From Eledone cirrhosa (lineage: Eukaryota): DNA of 64,000 nt. The translations under genes and the position numbers were made by a program. The notes below the pieces were generated by a model. That model searched no databases. It was given only the letters and a program-made list of their open reading frames with translations, and was not told the DNA's origin. Below, piece after piece: positions 12,640-25,879 of the stretch. Every line of letters starts with the position of its first letter. The first letter of the stretch is position 1. The stretch lies in the NCBI GenBank assembly GCA_964016885.1, contig OZ024755.1, forward strand, positions 37,820,001-37,884,000. The letters are read 5' to 3'.

Positions 12640-13025
12640 CAAATGGGATTCTGCCGAAGAGTCTCTGGAGTAACGTTACTTGATAGAGTGCATAGCTTAG
12701 AGATGAGAGAGTTGCTCAAGATAGAGTCGCTACTTCTCTGAATTGAGAGATCACACTTTCAATATCATGGGCATGTGCTTAGAATGTATCAGGATAGAAT
12801 CGTTAGACAGATTTTACAAGCAAAACCAACAGGTAGGAGACCCCAGGGGTAGACCCCGAGCAAGATGGTTGGATAACATCCATGAGCTTGGCTGGTTACG
12901 CTTGGAGATCCAGCTGGATCAGTTGGAGATGGTTGCTTCTGACAGGACCCCCTGGAAGGAGTGTTTGAGGACTCTACCCTCATGACCTCACAGGAATATG
13001 TGGGCAAAGAAGAAGACATAAACAT
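12640..13025 (+). mobile_element. RTE LINE 3' fragment (Rex3/Expander-like)
   Basis: ...PRGRPRARWLDNIHELGWLRLEIQLDQLEMVASDRTPWKECLRTLPS* followed by a gaagaaga tail. Confidence 0.85.
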
Positions 13026-13212
13026 TTCTTTTATAAACTATAAAAGATTAACATTAAAGTAGAAGCTTTAGTTTGTTATGAAGAACTGTAAAACTTTACT
13101 GACAAACCCTGTAGGAACCTCCTTTTTTTTTCATGAATCCCACAAATATTTTAGTCGACCCTTTGAATATGTATAAACCCCAAGGTGGAGATCACTGATG
13201 GGCCTATATTAT

Positions 13213-13345
13213 CACGTCCCTTTACGATCTGAGTTCAAATCCCGCTGAGGTTGACTTTGCTTTTCATCCTTACGGGGTCGATAAAATAAAGTACCAGTAA
13301 TGCACTGGGTAATTGCTGGCCTTGTGCCTAAAGTAGAGACAATTA
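13213..13345 (+). mobile_element. 5'-truncated SINE family A
   Basis: B-box and core nearly identical to the 901-1110 copy. Confidence 0.9.
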
Positions 13346-13524
13346 TCTGTTGTAGTTTTGGTTCCTTATAAGCTGGGTAAAGGTGTCTTACAACACCTTA
13401 ATTACCTAATATCTGTGCCAGTTAAGGTCATTCAGGTTATGATAATACACCTATATTTACTTCTAGATGTATCAAAAAAATCTGTTTTGTTGCCTTTTAA
13501 ATAAAATGTTATTTGGTTATTCTC

Positions 13525-13672
13525 TGCCTCCTCCTACTCCTCTCTCTTTCTCTTTATCTCTTGCTCTCTCTCTCTCACTCTTTATCTCTTTCTCTCTCTC
13601 TTTCTCACTCTTTATCTCTTGCTCTCTCTCTCTCTCACTCTTTATCTCTTGCTCTCTCTCTCTCATTCTTTA

Positions 13673-13711
<39 letters not shown>

Positions 13712-13784
13712 TTATCTCTTGCTCTCTCTCTCTCTCTCACTCTTTATCTCTTGCTCTCTCTCTCTCTCTCACTCTTTATCTCTT

Positions 13785-13823
<39 letters not shown>

Positions 13824-13975
13824 TTATCTCTTGCTCTCTCTCTCTCTCTCACTCTTTATCTCTTGCTCTCTCTCTCTCTCTAACTCTTTATCTCTTTCTC
13901 CTCCCTCTCTCTCACTCTTTATCTCTTGCTCTTGCTCTCTCTCTCTCTCTCTCTCTCTCTTTATCTCTTGCTCTA
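13525..13975. repeat. CT-rich compound repeat (ct)n-cactctttatctcttg
   Basis: Direct reading; produces the Ser/Leu ORFs at 13467-14050. Confidence 0.95.
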
Positions 13976-14003
13976 CTTAACTGCCTCCCTCCCACACATG
14001 TAG

Positions 14004-14108
14004 GTATTCTAAATGTAGAACATGTGGAATATAAAAGCACACTTCAGTAGTGGAAGAAGACCTCTCAAAACAATGAACTTCACAGAAATGATGAAGGAAC
14101 GCAACACG
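14004..14108 (+). other. Candidate exon of an unidentified host gene
   Basis: Pyrimidine tract then tag acceptor (14002-14003), donor ACG|gtaagg; ATG at 14022 is open to the donor (MWNIKAHFSSGRRPLKTMNFTEMMKERNT); no homology recognised. Confidence 0.3.
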
Positions 14109-14190
14109 GTAAGGTTCTGCTGTAAAAGATCTGCCCTACCCATGCAAGCATAGAAAAGTGGTTGTAAAACGGTTATCTATATATATATAT

Positions 14191-14460
14191 CAGGGACGAG
14201 GGTTCCGTGCATGCAACGCATGCAGTGCATGCATTATAGAATCTTGAGTTGATCAATTGCGTCGGTTGAAGCAAGCAGAATTTTGGCTGCTTACTAAACC
14301 GTAGACACATAAAAAGATAACACACACACACACACCGGCTTTGACCGGGAGGGTAATTTAGAGGGAATTGGAGGGGGAGGGGCGTAAGGCTGCACACCCC
14401 CACTTTCCGCCATGACGATTGGACTGCTTGCCCTGCTTTCCAGGTTACCCTTCGCCACTG
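14191..14460. mobile_element. hAT-like MITE in (TA)n
   Basis: Imperfect terminal inverted repeats cagggacgagggttcc / ggttacccttcgccactg; CpG-rich; atatatat on both sides. Confidence 0.6.
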
Positions 14461-14531
14461 ATATATATATATGCACACACACACACACACACACACACAC
14501 ACCACACATCACACATCACACACACACACAT

Positions 14532-14562
<31 letters not shown>

Positions 14563-14581
14563 CACACCACACATCACACAT

Positions 14582-14623
<42 letters not shown>

Positions 14624-14911
14624 TTTACTTACAGAGTTTAAAAGGCATCATATATTTTGAATTGAAGGTTTCTGGTCTAGCAGATGACTTGTATGCTGGT
14701 TTTTCATATATTTTCGTAGAAAAAGGTGCAATATTCACACTACTATCATCATCATCATTTTAACGTCTGCCTTCCTTGCTACCATATATTTCAGCCAACC
14801 TAAATTTCGTCCTGGGGTTATAGAACTGCAGTTAAAAAAAACCTCAAAGTTTTAAATTTAAAAATTAAAAAAAAATTTTCTTAAAACATTTTTTCATAGT
14901 TTTATAATATA

Positions 14912-15198
14912 AGGGTCGATAAAATAAAGTACCAGTCACGCACTGGGGTCGATTTAATCGACTTTCCCCTCCCCCAAAATTGCTGGCCTTGTACCTATAT
15001 AAGAAACCAGGTGGATTGGCAATATCGGTAGAGAGTCGGACACCATGCTTTGAAGCATAGAGTTACGTCCCTTTATGATCTGAGTTCAAATCCCGCCGAG
15101 GTTAACTTTGCCTTTCATCCTTACGGGGTCGATAAAATAAAGTACCAGTAATGTACTGGGTAATTGCTGGCCTTGTGCCAAAAATAGAAACAATTATT
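14912..15198 (+). mobile_element. SINE family A (partial copy plus full copy)
   Basis: Core and tail at 14912-15008; full copy at 15009-15198. Confidence 0.9.
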
Positions 15199-15324
15199 AT
15201 CATATATATATATGTAGATAGACAGGAAGGTGGATAGATAAATGACCTCTATCATTTTTGATGTGTGCATCTTTCAGCTAACATAATGTCTTACATGTTA
15301 AACTGTGCTTGTGTAGCTATATAT

Positions 15325-15361
<37 letters not shown>

Positions 15362-16018
15362 GCTATATGTATGTATAATTAACTATGTCATTATCTTTAT
15401 TACGTACTCTAAGAATATACTAACTACTAACTTTGGATTATATATTATACATTAGTCATCAGGTAAACTTGTTTAACACATTTGCCAGCCAAGTTTTTGA
15501 TTCAAAACTGGTACTAACACTTTATCTGATCTTGTTTTTTATTTGACTTCAGTAACCATAAGTTGTAATATCTCTTATCTTTATATTATTTCTTCATTTT
15601 GTTTCTTAACTCATTGTTATAAACAAGAGTTTCTGAATTGTTTCTTACTCATTTTTCTCCCACCTACTGCCAGGCATGCTTCTTGTTCTAGCTTCTTGTT
15701 CCTGCTTCAGGAAATACCTCATAAAAAATTGCACCTTACATGGTCACCTCTGTCAAATCTACTGTGTATAGCTGTAGTCATAGGAAGGGTCTCCACTGAA
15801 GGCGTGTGGCTGAGTGGTTAGAGAATTGGATTCGCAATCATGAGGTTGTGAGTTTGATTCCCGGACCGGGCAATGCGTGATGTCCTTGAGCAAGACACTT
15901 TATTTCACATTGCTCCTTCTACCTGGAGTTGCGACCGATAGAGAATATTAGCAATTGGAAAGACCAACGGAAACATTGTTTCCTCGGTCCGATTTGATAA
16001 AAGTTGATCGTATAACTG

Positions 16019-18411
16019 TAGAAAGGATATTACACCTTACATGGCCTTTCCTGTCAGTTCTACTATATAGCTGTAGTCATAGAAAGGATATTACACCTTA
16101 CATGGCCTCCCCTGTCAGTTCTACTGTATAGCTGTAGTCATAGAAAGGATATTACACCTTACATGGCCTACCCTGTCAGTTCTACTGTATAGCTGTAGTC
16201 ATAGAAAGGATATTACACCTTACATGGCCTACCCTGTCAGTTCTACTGTATAGCTGTAGTCATAGAAAGGATATTACACCTTACATGGCCTCCCCTGTCA
16301 GTTCTACTGTATAGCTGTAGTCATAGAAAGGATATTACACCTTACATGGCCTCCCCTGTCAGTTCTACTATATAGCTGTAGTCATAGAAAGGATATTACA
16401 CCTTACATGGCCTCCCCTGTCAGTTCTACTGTATAGCTGTAGTCATAGAAAGGATATTACACCTTACATGGCCTCCCCTGTCAGTTCTACTGTATAGCTG
16501 TAGTCATAGAAAGGATATTACACCTTACATGGCCTTTCCTGTCAGTTCTACTATATAGCTGTAGTCATAGAAAGGATATTACACCTTACATGGCCTTTCC
16601 TGTCAGTTCTACTATATAGCTGTAGTCATAGAAAGGATATTACACCTTACATGGCCTCCCCTGTCAGTTCTACTATATAGCTGTAGTCATAGAAAGGATA
16701 TTACACCTTACATGGCCTCCCCTGTCAGTTCTACTATATGGCTGTAGTCATAGAAAGGATATTACACCTTACATGGCCTCCCCTGTCAGTTCTACTATAT
16801 AGCTGTAGTCATAGAAAGGATATTACACCTTACATGGCCTCCCCTGTCAGTTCTACTATATAGCTGTAGTCATAGAAAGGATATTACACCTTACATGGCC
16901 TCCCCTGTCAGTTCTACTGTATAGCTGTAGTCATAGAAAGGATATTACACCTTACATGGCCTCCCCTGTCAGTTCTACTGTATAGCTGTAGTCATAGAAA
17001 GGATATTACACCTTACATGGCCTTTCCTGTCAGTTCTACTATATAGCTGTAGTCATAGAAAGGATATTACACCTTACATGGCCTTTCCTGTCAGTTCTAC
17101 TATATAGCTGTAGTCATAGAAAGGATATTACACCTTACATGGCCTCCCCTGTCAGTTCTACTATATAGCTGTAGTCATAGAAAGGATATTACACCTTACA
17201 TGGCCTCCCCTGTCAGTTCTACTATATGGCTGTAGTCATAGAAAGGATATTACACCTTACATGGCCTCCCCTGTCAGTTCTACTATATAGCTGTAGTCAT
17301 AGAAAGGATATTACACCTTACATGGCCTCCCCTGTCAGTTCTACTATATAGCTGTAGTCATAGAAAGGATATTACACCTTACATGGCCTCCCCTGTCAGT
17401 TCTACTATATAGCTGTAGTCATAGAAAGGATATTACACCTTACATGGCCTCCCCTGTCAGTTCTACTATATAGATGTAGTCATAGAAAGGATATTACACC
17501 TTACATGGCCTCCCCTGTCAGTTCTACTATATAGCTGTAGTCATAGAAAGGATATTACACCTTACATGGCCTCCCCTGTCAGTTCTACTATATAGCTGTA
17601 GTCATAGAAAGGATATTACACCTTACATGGCCTCCCCTGTCAGTTCTACTATATAGCTGTAGTCATAGAAAGGATATTACACCTTACATGGCCTCCCCTG
17701 TCAGTTCTACTATATAGCTGTAGTCATAGAAAGGATATTACACCTTACATGGCCTTTCCTGTCAGTTCTACTATATAGCTGTAGTCATAGAAAGGATATT
17801 ACACCTTACATGGCCTCCCCTGTCAGTTCTACTATATAGCTGTAGTCATAGAAAGGATATTACACCTTACATGGCCTCCCCTGTCAGTTCTACTGTATAG
17901 CTGTAGTCATAGAAAGGATATTACACCTTACATGGCCTCCCCTGTCAGTTCTACTATATAGCTGTAGTCATAGAAAGGATATTACACCTTACATGGCCTC
18001 CCCTGTCAGTTCTACTATATAGCTGTAGTCATAGAAAGGATATTACACCTTACATGGCCTTTCCTGTCAGTTCTACTATATAGCTGTAGTCATAGAAAGG
18101 ATATTACACCTTACATGGCCTCCCCTGTCAGTTCTACTATATAGCTGTAGTCATAGAAAGGATATTACACCTTACATGGCCTCCCCTGTCAGTTCTACTA
18201 TATAGCTGTAGTCATAGAAAGGATATTACACCTTACATGGCCTCCCCTGTCAGTTCTACTGTATAGATGTAGTCATAGAAAGGATATTACACCTTACATG
18301 GCCTTTCCTGTCAGTTCTACTATATAGCTGTAGTCATAGAAAGGATATTACACCTTACATGGCCTTTCCTGTCAGTTCTACTGGATAGCTGTAGTCATAG
18401 AAAGGATATTA
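16019..18411. repeat. 61-bp minisatellite, ~39 copies
   Basis: Unit gctgtagtcatagaaaggatattacaccttacatggcctcccctgtcagttctactatata; a diverged monomer lies at ~15730-15788. Confidence 0.97.
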
Positions 18412-18784
18412 AGGAAAAGATAAACAGAATGAGGGCCAGAAAGAACTAAGACACAAAGTGATTAATTTAGTCATGTAAAGTAGGACTTAGCTTTATTACT
18501 GCATCAGTGAGGGTCAGTTGGAAAGTTCATAAGCTGACCAAGATACTCTCATGGAATGACCAAATGAAGTGTATTTTTCAACATAGTCCCTGGAAAGAAA
18601 CAATGCAGTTATTAATAAGAAGAGTTGAAATTAATGCATGTAAGTTTTCACAGCTCTAGCATCACTCCATAGCCTACCCCCATATTTTTGTACGATGTTA
18701 TACATTACATACACAGAAATACATGTACAATGTGTGTGTGTATATGTATATACACATGTGCATATGTATGTATATGTGTATATG

Positions 18785-19122
18785 TGCGGGGACATAGAAA
18801 CAATAGGGCTGGATACCCGATCGCGCGGTTAAACCACTGGGAGTGAAGGACTCCTATCGTTTCTTAGGGCATTCTTCTAGGAGAAGACAACTCAGGAAAA
18901 TAGGAAAAATCCGAATTAAAAAACCTGTGGCTCAGTTGATCTTTTCTTCTTTTCAGGTTATAGCTACTGTCGCTCAGAGAGTGGGATTGGCTCAGTGCAC
19001 AGTCTTTCCTCACTTTAAAAAAAAAAATCTTCATAGACAGGCATTGCACGATAGAATAAATTAATTATTAATAATAGAATATCGTGCAATGGTTTTACTC
19101 AATCACGAGGAGGCAGCCATCA
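18785..19122 (+). mobile_element. Short RTE-5'UTR-derived non-autonomous element in (TA)n
   Basis: Contains ttctaggagaagacaactcag (RTE 5'UTR-like motif) and ends ggcagccatca(ta)n; reverse-complement copy at 60084-60426. Confidence 0.65.
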
Positions 19123-19407
19123 TATATATACATATATACATATATACATATACCACATGCATTTAATTATTGTATGTGACATAAATTATTACATAGAGCT
19201 ACACAGAAATGAAGTACATGATCTGTGAATCAGTAAAAGACAGGAACCACATGGCATCATTTATAAACAAATACTTATTGCTGGCTTTCTTGTTTACTTT
19301 AATTCTACAAGTAGAAATAGTTAAATGTATAAGGTTTGGGATACCTACCTCATAGGTCATGAGTTCAAATCTGGTATTGGCATTCTTTATTATTATTATT
19401 ATTATTT

Positions 19408-19745
19408 GGAGGCACATGGCTTAGTGGTTAGAGCATTGGCCTTGCAATCAAAAGGTTGTGAGTTCAATTCTCAGACCGGGTGATGTGTTGTTTCCTTGAG
19501 CAAGGCACTTTATTTCACATTGCTCCAGTTTACTCAGCTGTAGAAATGAGATTATAGGGACTGTGGTCCCTATCATTCCACTGCAAAGTGGTCGTGGAGG
19601 TGCCACGGCAAAAAAGCACCCAGCACTCACTGTAAATGAGGTTGGTGTTAGGAAGGGCATCCAGCTTTAGAAATCAAGCCAGAATCAGTTCCCGTCCCAC
19701 CCTTGCAAGCAGGGAGAAGCGGACGTAAAATGAAATGATGAAAAA
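19408..19745 (+). mobile_element. tRNA-derived CORE-like SINE family B (OR-like), full length
   Basis: A-box tggcttagtggtt, B-box gagttcaattc, CORE-like ccttgagcaaggcactttatttcacattgctccag...ctgtagaaatgag, RTE-type tail ggacgtaaaatg. Confidence 0.9.
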
Positions 19746-19754
19746 TGAAAATGA

Positions 19755-19933
19755 TTTGGCAGTATCGCTAAAGAGTCGGACGTCATGCTTTGACGCATAG
19801 AGTTACGGCCCTTTCCATTCTGAGTTCAAATCCTGCCGAGGTCAACTTTGCCTTTCATCCTTACGGGGTCGATAAAATAAAGTACCAGTAATGTACTGGG
19901 GTAATTGCTGGCCTTGTGCCAAAAGTAGAAACA

Positions 19934-19972
<39 letters not shown>

Positions 19973-20590
19973 GGGCGGTGGATTTGCAGTATCGGTAGAG
20001 GGTCGGACACTATGCTTTGCAGCAGAGTTACGTCCCTTTACAGACTGAGTTCAAATCCCACCGAGGTTAACTTTGCCTTTCATCCTCACGGGGTCGATAA
20101 AATAAAGTACCAGTAATGTACTGAGTAATTGCTGGCCTTGTGCCAAAAGTAGAAACCATTATTATTATTATTATTAGTGTGATGGATTGGCAATATCAGT
20201 AGAGTGCCGGATGCCATGCTTTGCAGTACAGAGTTACGGTCCGAGTTCAAATCCCGCCAATGTTAACTTTGCCTTTCATACTTATGGGGTCGATAAAATA
20301 AAGCACCAGTAATGTACTGGAGTTGATTTATTCGACTTTCCCCTCCCTACAAATTACTGGCCTTGTACCTATACTAGATATCATTATTATCATTGAGTTG
20401 GATTGGCAGTATCGGTAGAGGGTCGGACGCCATGCTTTGCAGCAAAGAGTTACGGCCCTTTACGGTCTGAGTTCAAATACCGCCCGGGTTAACTTTGCCT
20501 TTCATCCTTACGGGGTCGATAAAATAAAGTACCAGTAATGTACTGGGTAATTGCTGGCCTTGTGCCAAAAGTAGAAATAATAATTATTAT
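19755..20590 (+). mobile_element. Cluster of four head-to-tail SINE family A copies
   Basis: Copies start at ~19755, 19973, 20178 and 20397, separated by (tta)n tails. Confidence 0.9.
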
Positions 20591-20831
20591 TGAGTTGTGT
20601 ATTGGTTTATGTAACTGTTAGAAATCTGCATGCACCAGATGACCTGCAAAGAATATTTGTGATAGAAAATGCAATCCTCAAAGCAGACTAAGGAAACAAT
20701 GTTTGCATTTGTCTTTCCATTGCTACTACTATTTACTGGTTTCAACTCCTGACAGAATATAAATTATAGTTATAAAATAGAGCAGATTATGAGATTGGCC
20801 CCAAAGGACAAAGGTTTCATTAGTCCCGCCA

Positions 20832-21152
20832 TTCATCATCATCATCATCATCATTTCATTTTACGTCCACTTTTCCCTGCTAGCAAGGGTGGGATGGGAA
20901 CTGATTCTGACTTGATTTCTACATTTACAGTGAGTGCTGGGTACTTTTTTTGCGTGGCACCTCCACGACCACTTTGCAGTGGAATGATATGGACCCCACT
21001 CCCTATCATCTCATTTTTACAGCTGAGTAAACTGGAGCAATGTGAAATAAAGTGTCTTGCTCAAGGAAACAACACATCACCCGGTCTGAGAATTGAACTC
21101 ACAACCTTTCGATTGCAAGGCCAATGCTCTAACCATTAAGCCATGTGCCTCC
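20832..21152 (-). mobile_element. SINE family B
   Basis: Reverse complement of the 19408-19745 element with a small internal deletion. Confidence 0.9.
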
Positions 21153-22579
21153 ATTGCTAATACTAATCTATGGTCGCAACAACTGGCAGAAAAAGCTGGA
21201 TTAGACACCACAAGGCATCCCATCTGACTTTAATCCACCAACTCTGAATTAGTACTTTATCAACCTTGAAATGGTAAGACTGACAGAGTGATCCCTTAAT
21301 CAGGGTGAATGACAACATGAAACCAGGATTAACACTTTTGAAACCAAACTGCATGGAACTAAGCCTGGTTTTATGATAGAAAACTAAAAACCATCCATCA
21401 TAATTATATGTAAGAACCTTTATCTCTCAAACACAAACTTAGCAGCAAGAAAATTAGTTATATTACTAAATCACTCCAAACTTTTGATTTTTAAAGTTAA
21501 TTGAAAATCATAGGCAGTGTATCTAATTAGAAATATTGTAATGAAAAAGTTAATTAAGCCCTTGACTTAACCATCATATGGCCTCAGTTTAAACTATTTT
21601 TATCTTGTGTTTTGTTATTTTCAAACAGTACACTTTGTTGTACATTTTTTCTTTTATCTGTTGGAAATTGATAACACATTGTCTGGGAATGTTACCACTT
21701 ATAGTCTGGCATCTTATCCAGAGATTTCTCATCCAAGTGAATGAGAAATGAAATTTACAGTTAGCACCCTTGCAATTGTAACTTGCTTTGTAAGAGGTTG
21801 CAAGTCCTATCATGGAAAGCAACATGAAATGAAGCATCTTGTTCAAGAACACATTGTGCCACCCAACTCCAGGTATCAAGCCCATGACCTTATGATGTTG
21901 AGTCTAATACACCAACCACTAGGTCACACAAGTGAAGATTCAGATTCAAGTTTTTCCCATATAGTGATGTGGAGCCAAACTTTGACACTCACCCACATAA
22001 CACTTTCAGGGATTTGACCATTATTGACTCACAATATTTTTGGGAATGTCTGCAATGTCTGACTTAACTCTTTTATTATTATATTTCTTATGTTACGGGG
22101 TCGATAAAATAAAGTACCAGTAATGCACTGGGATAATTTCTAATGAAATATACTGCCTGTCATTTTCAAATCATTTTGAAAATAATCAAGAATTTGTAGG
22201 GATTTAGTAAAATAACTAACTTTCTTATTGAACTGGTGTTTGGAACTTAACAAGGACTCCTACATAATGATGGGAGGTTTTTAGATAAATATAAACACTG
22301 TAAAATAAACAAGTATCCTAGTGCTAGGGGTGGTTTCAGGTGATTTGGTACAAACTGGCCACCCTTACTGATGTTAAGGTATTGTTCTCAAAATAAATAT
22401 CAAAATCTTATAGATTCAATATTTTGTGAGGTATTATGTGAGTTAAAGCCTTTACCACAAAAATACACTACTAAACAGAGTAATGTAAATGCTAAAGGGT
22501 TAAGACTTCTTTTTATTGTATTTTAAAAAGTGAAAAACACTTGGGAATGGGAGACAGTGTTAATCTTTATTATACACTA

Positions 22580-22785
22580 GGTGGTGGATTAGCAGTGTCG
22601 GTAGAGCGGTGGACAACGTTTTGTGGCATATAGTTACATCCCTTTACATTCTGAGTTCAAATTCTACCAACGTTAGCTTTACTATTCATCTTCATGGGCT
22701 TGATAAAATAAAGCACCAGTAATTCACTGGGGTCGATTTAATCGATTTCTCCTCCCCTAAAATTGCTGGTCTTGTGCTTAAACCA
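22580..22785 (+). mobile_element. Diverged SINE family A
   Basis: A/B boxes and core are recognisable. Confidence 0.8.
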
Positions 22786-23029
22786 TTATATACTAGCTGA
22801 CCCAAATTTCATTTCTCACTCTTAGTACGGCTGATACCTAAATATAAGTATGTATACGTACATACATATATGTGTACAGACGTACACATATATATACATA
22901 CTACTGTACCGGTAAACCCATACGTACATATATATATGTGTGCATGTATGTATATATATACATACTACTGTACGTCTGTACACATATATGTATGTACGTA
23001 TACATATATATATATATGTACGTATGGGT

Positions 23030-23466
<437 letters not shown>

Positions 23467-24368
23467 AAATTAGAAGAAAAAAAAAATGAAAGCATACAAT
23501 TAATATTTTACAGGTGATATATAATTGTACTGCTTTAGTAAGAGATGTACCTTGATGAGTTGGCAATGGAGGATAATAATAATAGAGATAATATCTTTAG
23601 AAAGCCAAAAGTCTCAGCAACTTCAACTCATTGTACATGTCTACATTAATTATAAGCTTTCTTCAAAGACTTCTCATGGCACTAGCCTTGCCCTCTCTCA
23701 CGTGTGGAATTCATTAGAAATAAAACAAGCATAACATAGCAATGTAGGTGTGTAGTAAGTTAGATGAGAAAAAGGCAGGGAAAGTACAAATACTCTTGTC
23801 ATTCATATTTTGATGATAATAGGCAAAGAGAGATACAGCTGTCATTATAGTCAACTTGGAAGTGATAATAGACTTTTTAAAATGTTGCACAAGATGAAGA
23901 TATATGAGTTAATGGTGAATCACCAGCAGATGGCATCATGTATTAACACTTTCGTGGTGATCATATTTCTAATGAAATACACTCTATTTCAATTAATTAA
24001 TGATGAATTTTGAGATATTTACTAAAATTATTAAACATTTCATTACTAAGATAGTAACTTAACATATTGCTCTCATATGTAGTTATGTTGGAAGGTTTTA
24101 TCTTAAATAGGAACTTTCAAAATGGCTGCTTATGTTTCATAGGACCAGAGCTTGTGTGAAAAATATTGAAGGTGATTGAATAAGAGATGAAAATGAATAT
24201 GGAGGAAGGTAGAGGAAGACCAAGAAAGACATGGCTGGGGATGATGGATGATGAAATGAAGATGAGGGATTGGTAAAGTAGGGATGCAGCCAATAGGACA
24301 AAATGCTTGTTATGGCCTCTCCTCACTTGAAAGGCTAACCCTGATTCCTTTTAGCATGGAAAATGGCC

Positions 24369-24584
24369 TTAACCCTTTAACATTTACATTACTCTATATA
24401 TACAATTATATTTTCGCAGTAATGGCTTTACCTCACATAATATTGAATCTATGAGATTTTGATATTATTTATTTTGAGAACAATACCTTAACATCAGTAT
24501 GAGTGGAGGGCTATAGCCAGTTTGAACTGAAAGAGGTGAGAAAATTCTGGTCGGATACAGCGTGTTTAAATACTAAAGGGTTAA
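24369..24584. mobile_element. piggyBac-type MITE family 1
   Basis: TTAA|ccctttaacattta ... taaatactaaaggg|TTAA. Confidence 0.85.
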
Positions 24585-24889
24585 AACACTGGCTGTTGTG
24601 TTTCTTTTTCATATGAACCCCCTGTCTTTTCAATAAGTATAGAAACATTTGTTTATACGCTTTTTTGTTTTTTAGTCAGAAGTTGACACATACATAGAGG
24701 CTGTAGTATATAATGGTGCCAAAAGGTGGGGGAAGGGCTTGGGAGGTTATTATATCAATAAACTTACTTCATTGATAAAGGAATATAAAAAGAAGCTTGT
24801 ACAGTAAATTCAGGATTAAGAAAAGTATAAATACAAGAGATTACAAAAAACAAAAATGACATATTGAGTAAATCCACATGTGGAAAAAT

Positions 24890-25104
24890 AATGGTTTCTT
24901 ATGGTTTCACAAGGCCAACAATTTTGGGGAGGAGAAAGTTGATTAAATTGACCCAGTGCATGACTGGTACTTTATTTTATCGACCCCATAAGGATAAAAG
25001 GCAAAGTTAACCTCGGCGGGATTTTAACTCAGATCATAAAGGGCCGTAACTCTATGCTGCAAAGCATGGCGTCTGACCCTCTACCGATACTGCCAATCCA
25101 CCGC
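24890..25104 (-). mobile_element. SINE family A with target-site duplication
   Basis: Flanked by cacatgtggaaaaataat on both sides. Confidence 0.9.
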
Positions 25105-25269
25105 ACTCAACACACATGTGGAAAAATAATATAGACAGAGGAATGACTGGTTAAGGAGTGCTCTTTGTAACCATGTGACTTCATGTTTAGTCCCACTGTG
25201 GGGCAGAATTATCTACTCTAGCCCTGGGTTGATCATTGTGGGATTTGGGAGATGGAATTTCCGTGTGTG

Positions 25270-25485
25270 TGTGAGATAATCCCTATTTTGCCTGTCATGG
25301 GTCGTGTCTGTGAGTGTGAAATAATCCCTATTTTGCCAGTCATGGGTCGTGTGTGTTTGTGTATGTGAGATAATCCCTATTTTGCCTATCATGGGTCATG
25401 TCTGTGTGAAATAATCCCTATTTTGCCTGTCATGGGTCAGGTCTGTGTGAGGTAATCCCTATTTTGTCTGCCATGGGTCGTGTGT
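25270..25485. repeat. ~41-50-bp minisatellite, 5 copies
   Basis: Unit gtgagataatccctattttgcctgtcatgggtcgtgt. Confidence 0.85.
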
Positions 25486-25694
25486 GTTTGTGTTTACTTT
25501 TAGTGCTTGTTTATGTCCTATTATGTTGCAGTTCAATAAAAAGAAATTGATAAAATAAGTACAAGACTAGATCCATTTTAAGGCAATGCCCCAGCATGGC
25601 CACAGACTAATAAAGAAAATAAACAAAAAACTAACAAAAAGGTCATGTGTAAATCCCCCCAAATAATATATAAATATATATATATATATATATA

Positions 25695-25848
25695 CAGTGA
25701 AATTCCGTTATAACAAAATTCATGGGGTATAAAAAAAATTTGTTGTAATGAAAACTTCTTTATAATGAGATCAACCAAACATGGAGTGGCCGGGGTTTGA
25801 ACAACATTTTGTTATACTGAAATATTCATTGTAATGGTATTTTACCTG
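25695..25848. mobile_element. Tigger/pogo-type MITE
   Basis: TA|cagtgaaattccgttataac ... gtaatggtattttacctg|TA; related copy at 59851-60037. Confidence 0.8.
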
Positions 25849-25879
25849 TATAAGCTTTTGCCTTTAGTTAAGGACATTT

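Noticed and set aside
16019-18411. CRISPR-like array (also considered for 6684-7398, 32978-34560, 39790-42012 and 53881-54500)
   Set aside because: Units are contiguous with no unique spacers, there are no cas genes, and the context is eukaryotic
19408-19480. tRNA gene
   Set aside because: A and B boxes are present, but the sequence runs directly into the SINE body with no acceptor-stem closure; it is a SINE head
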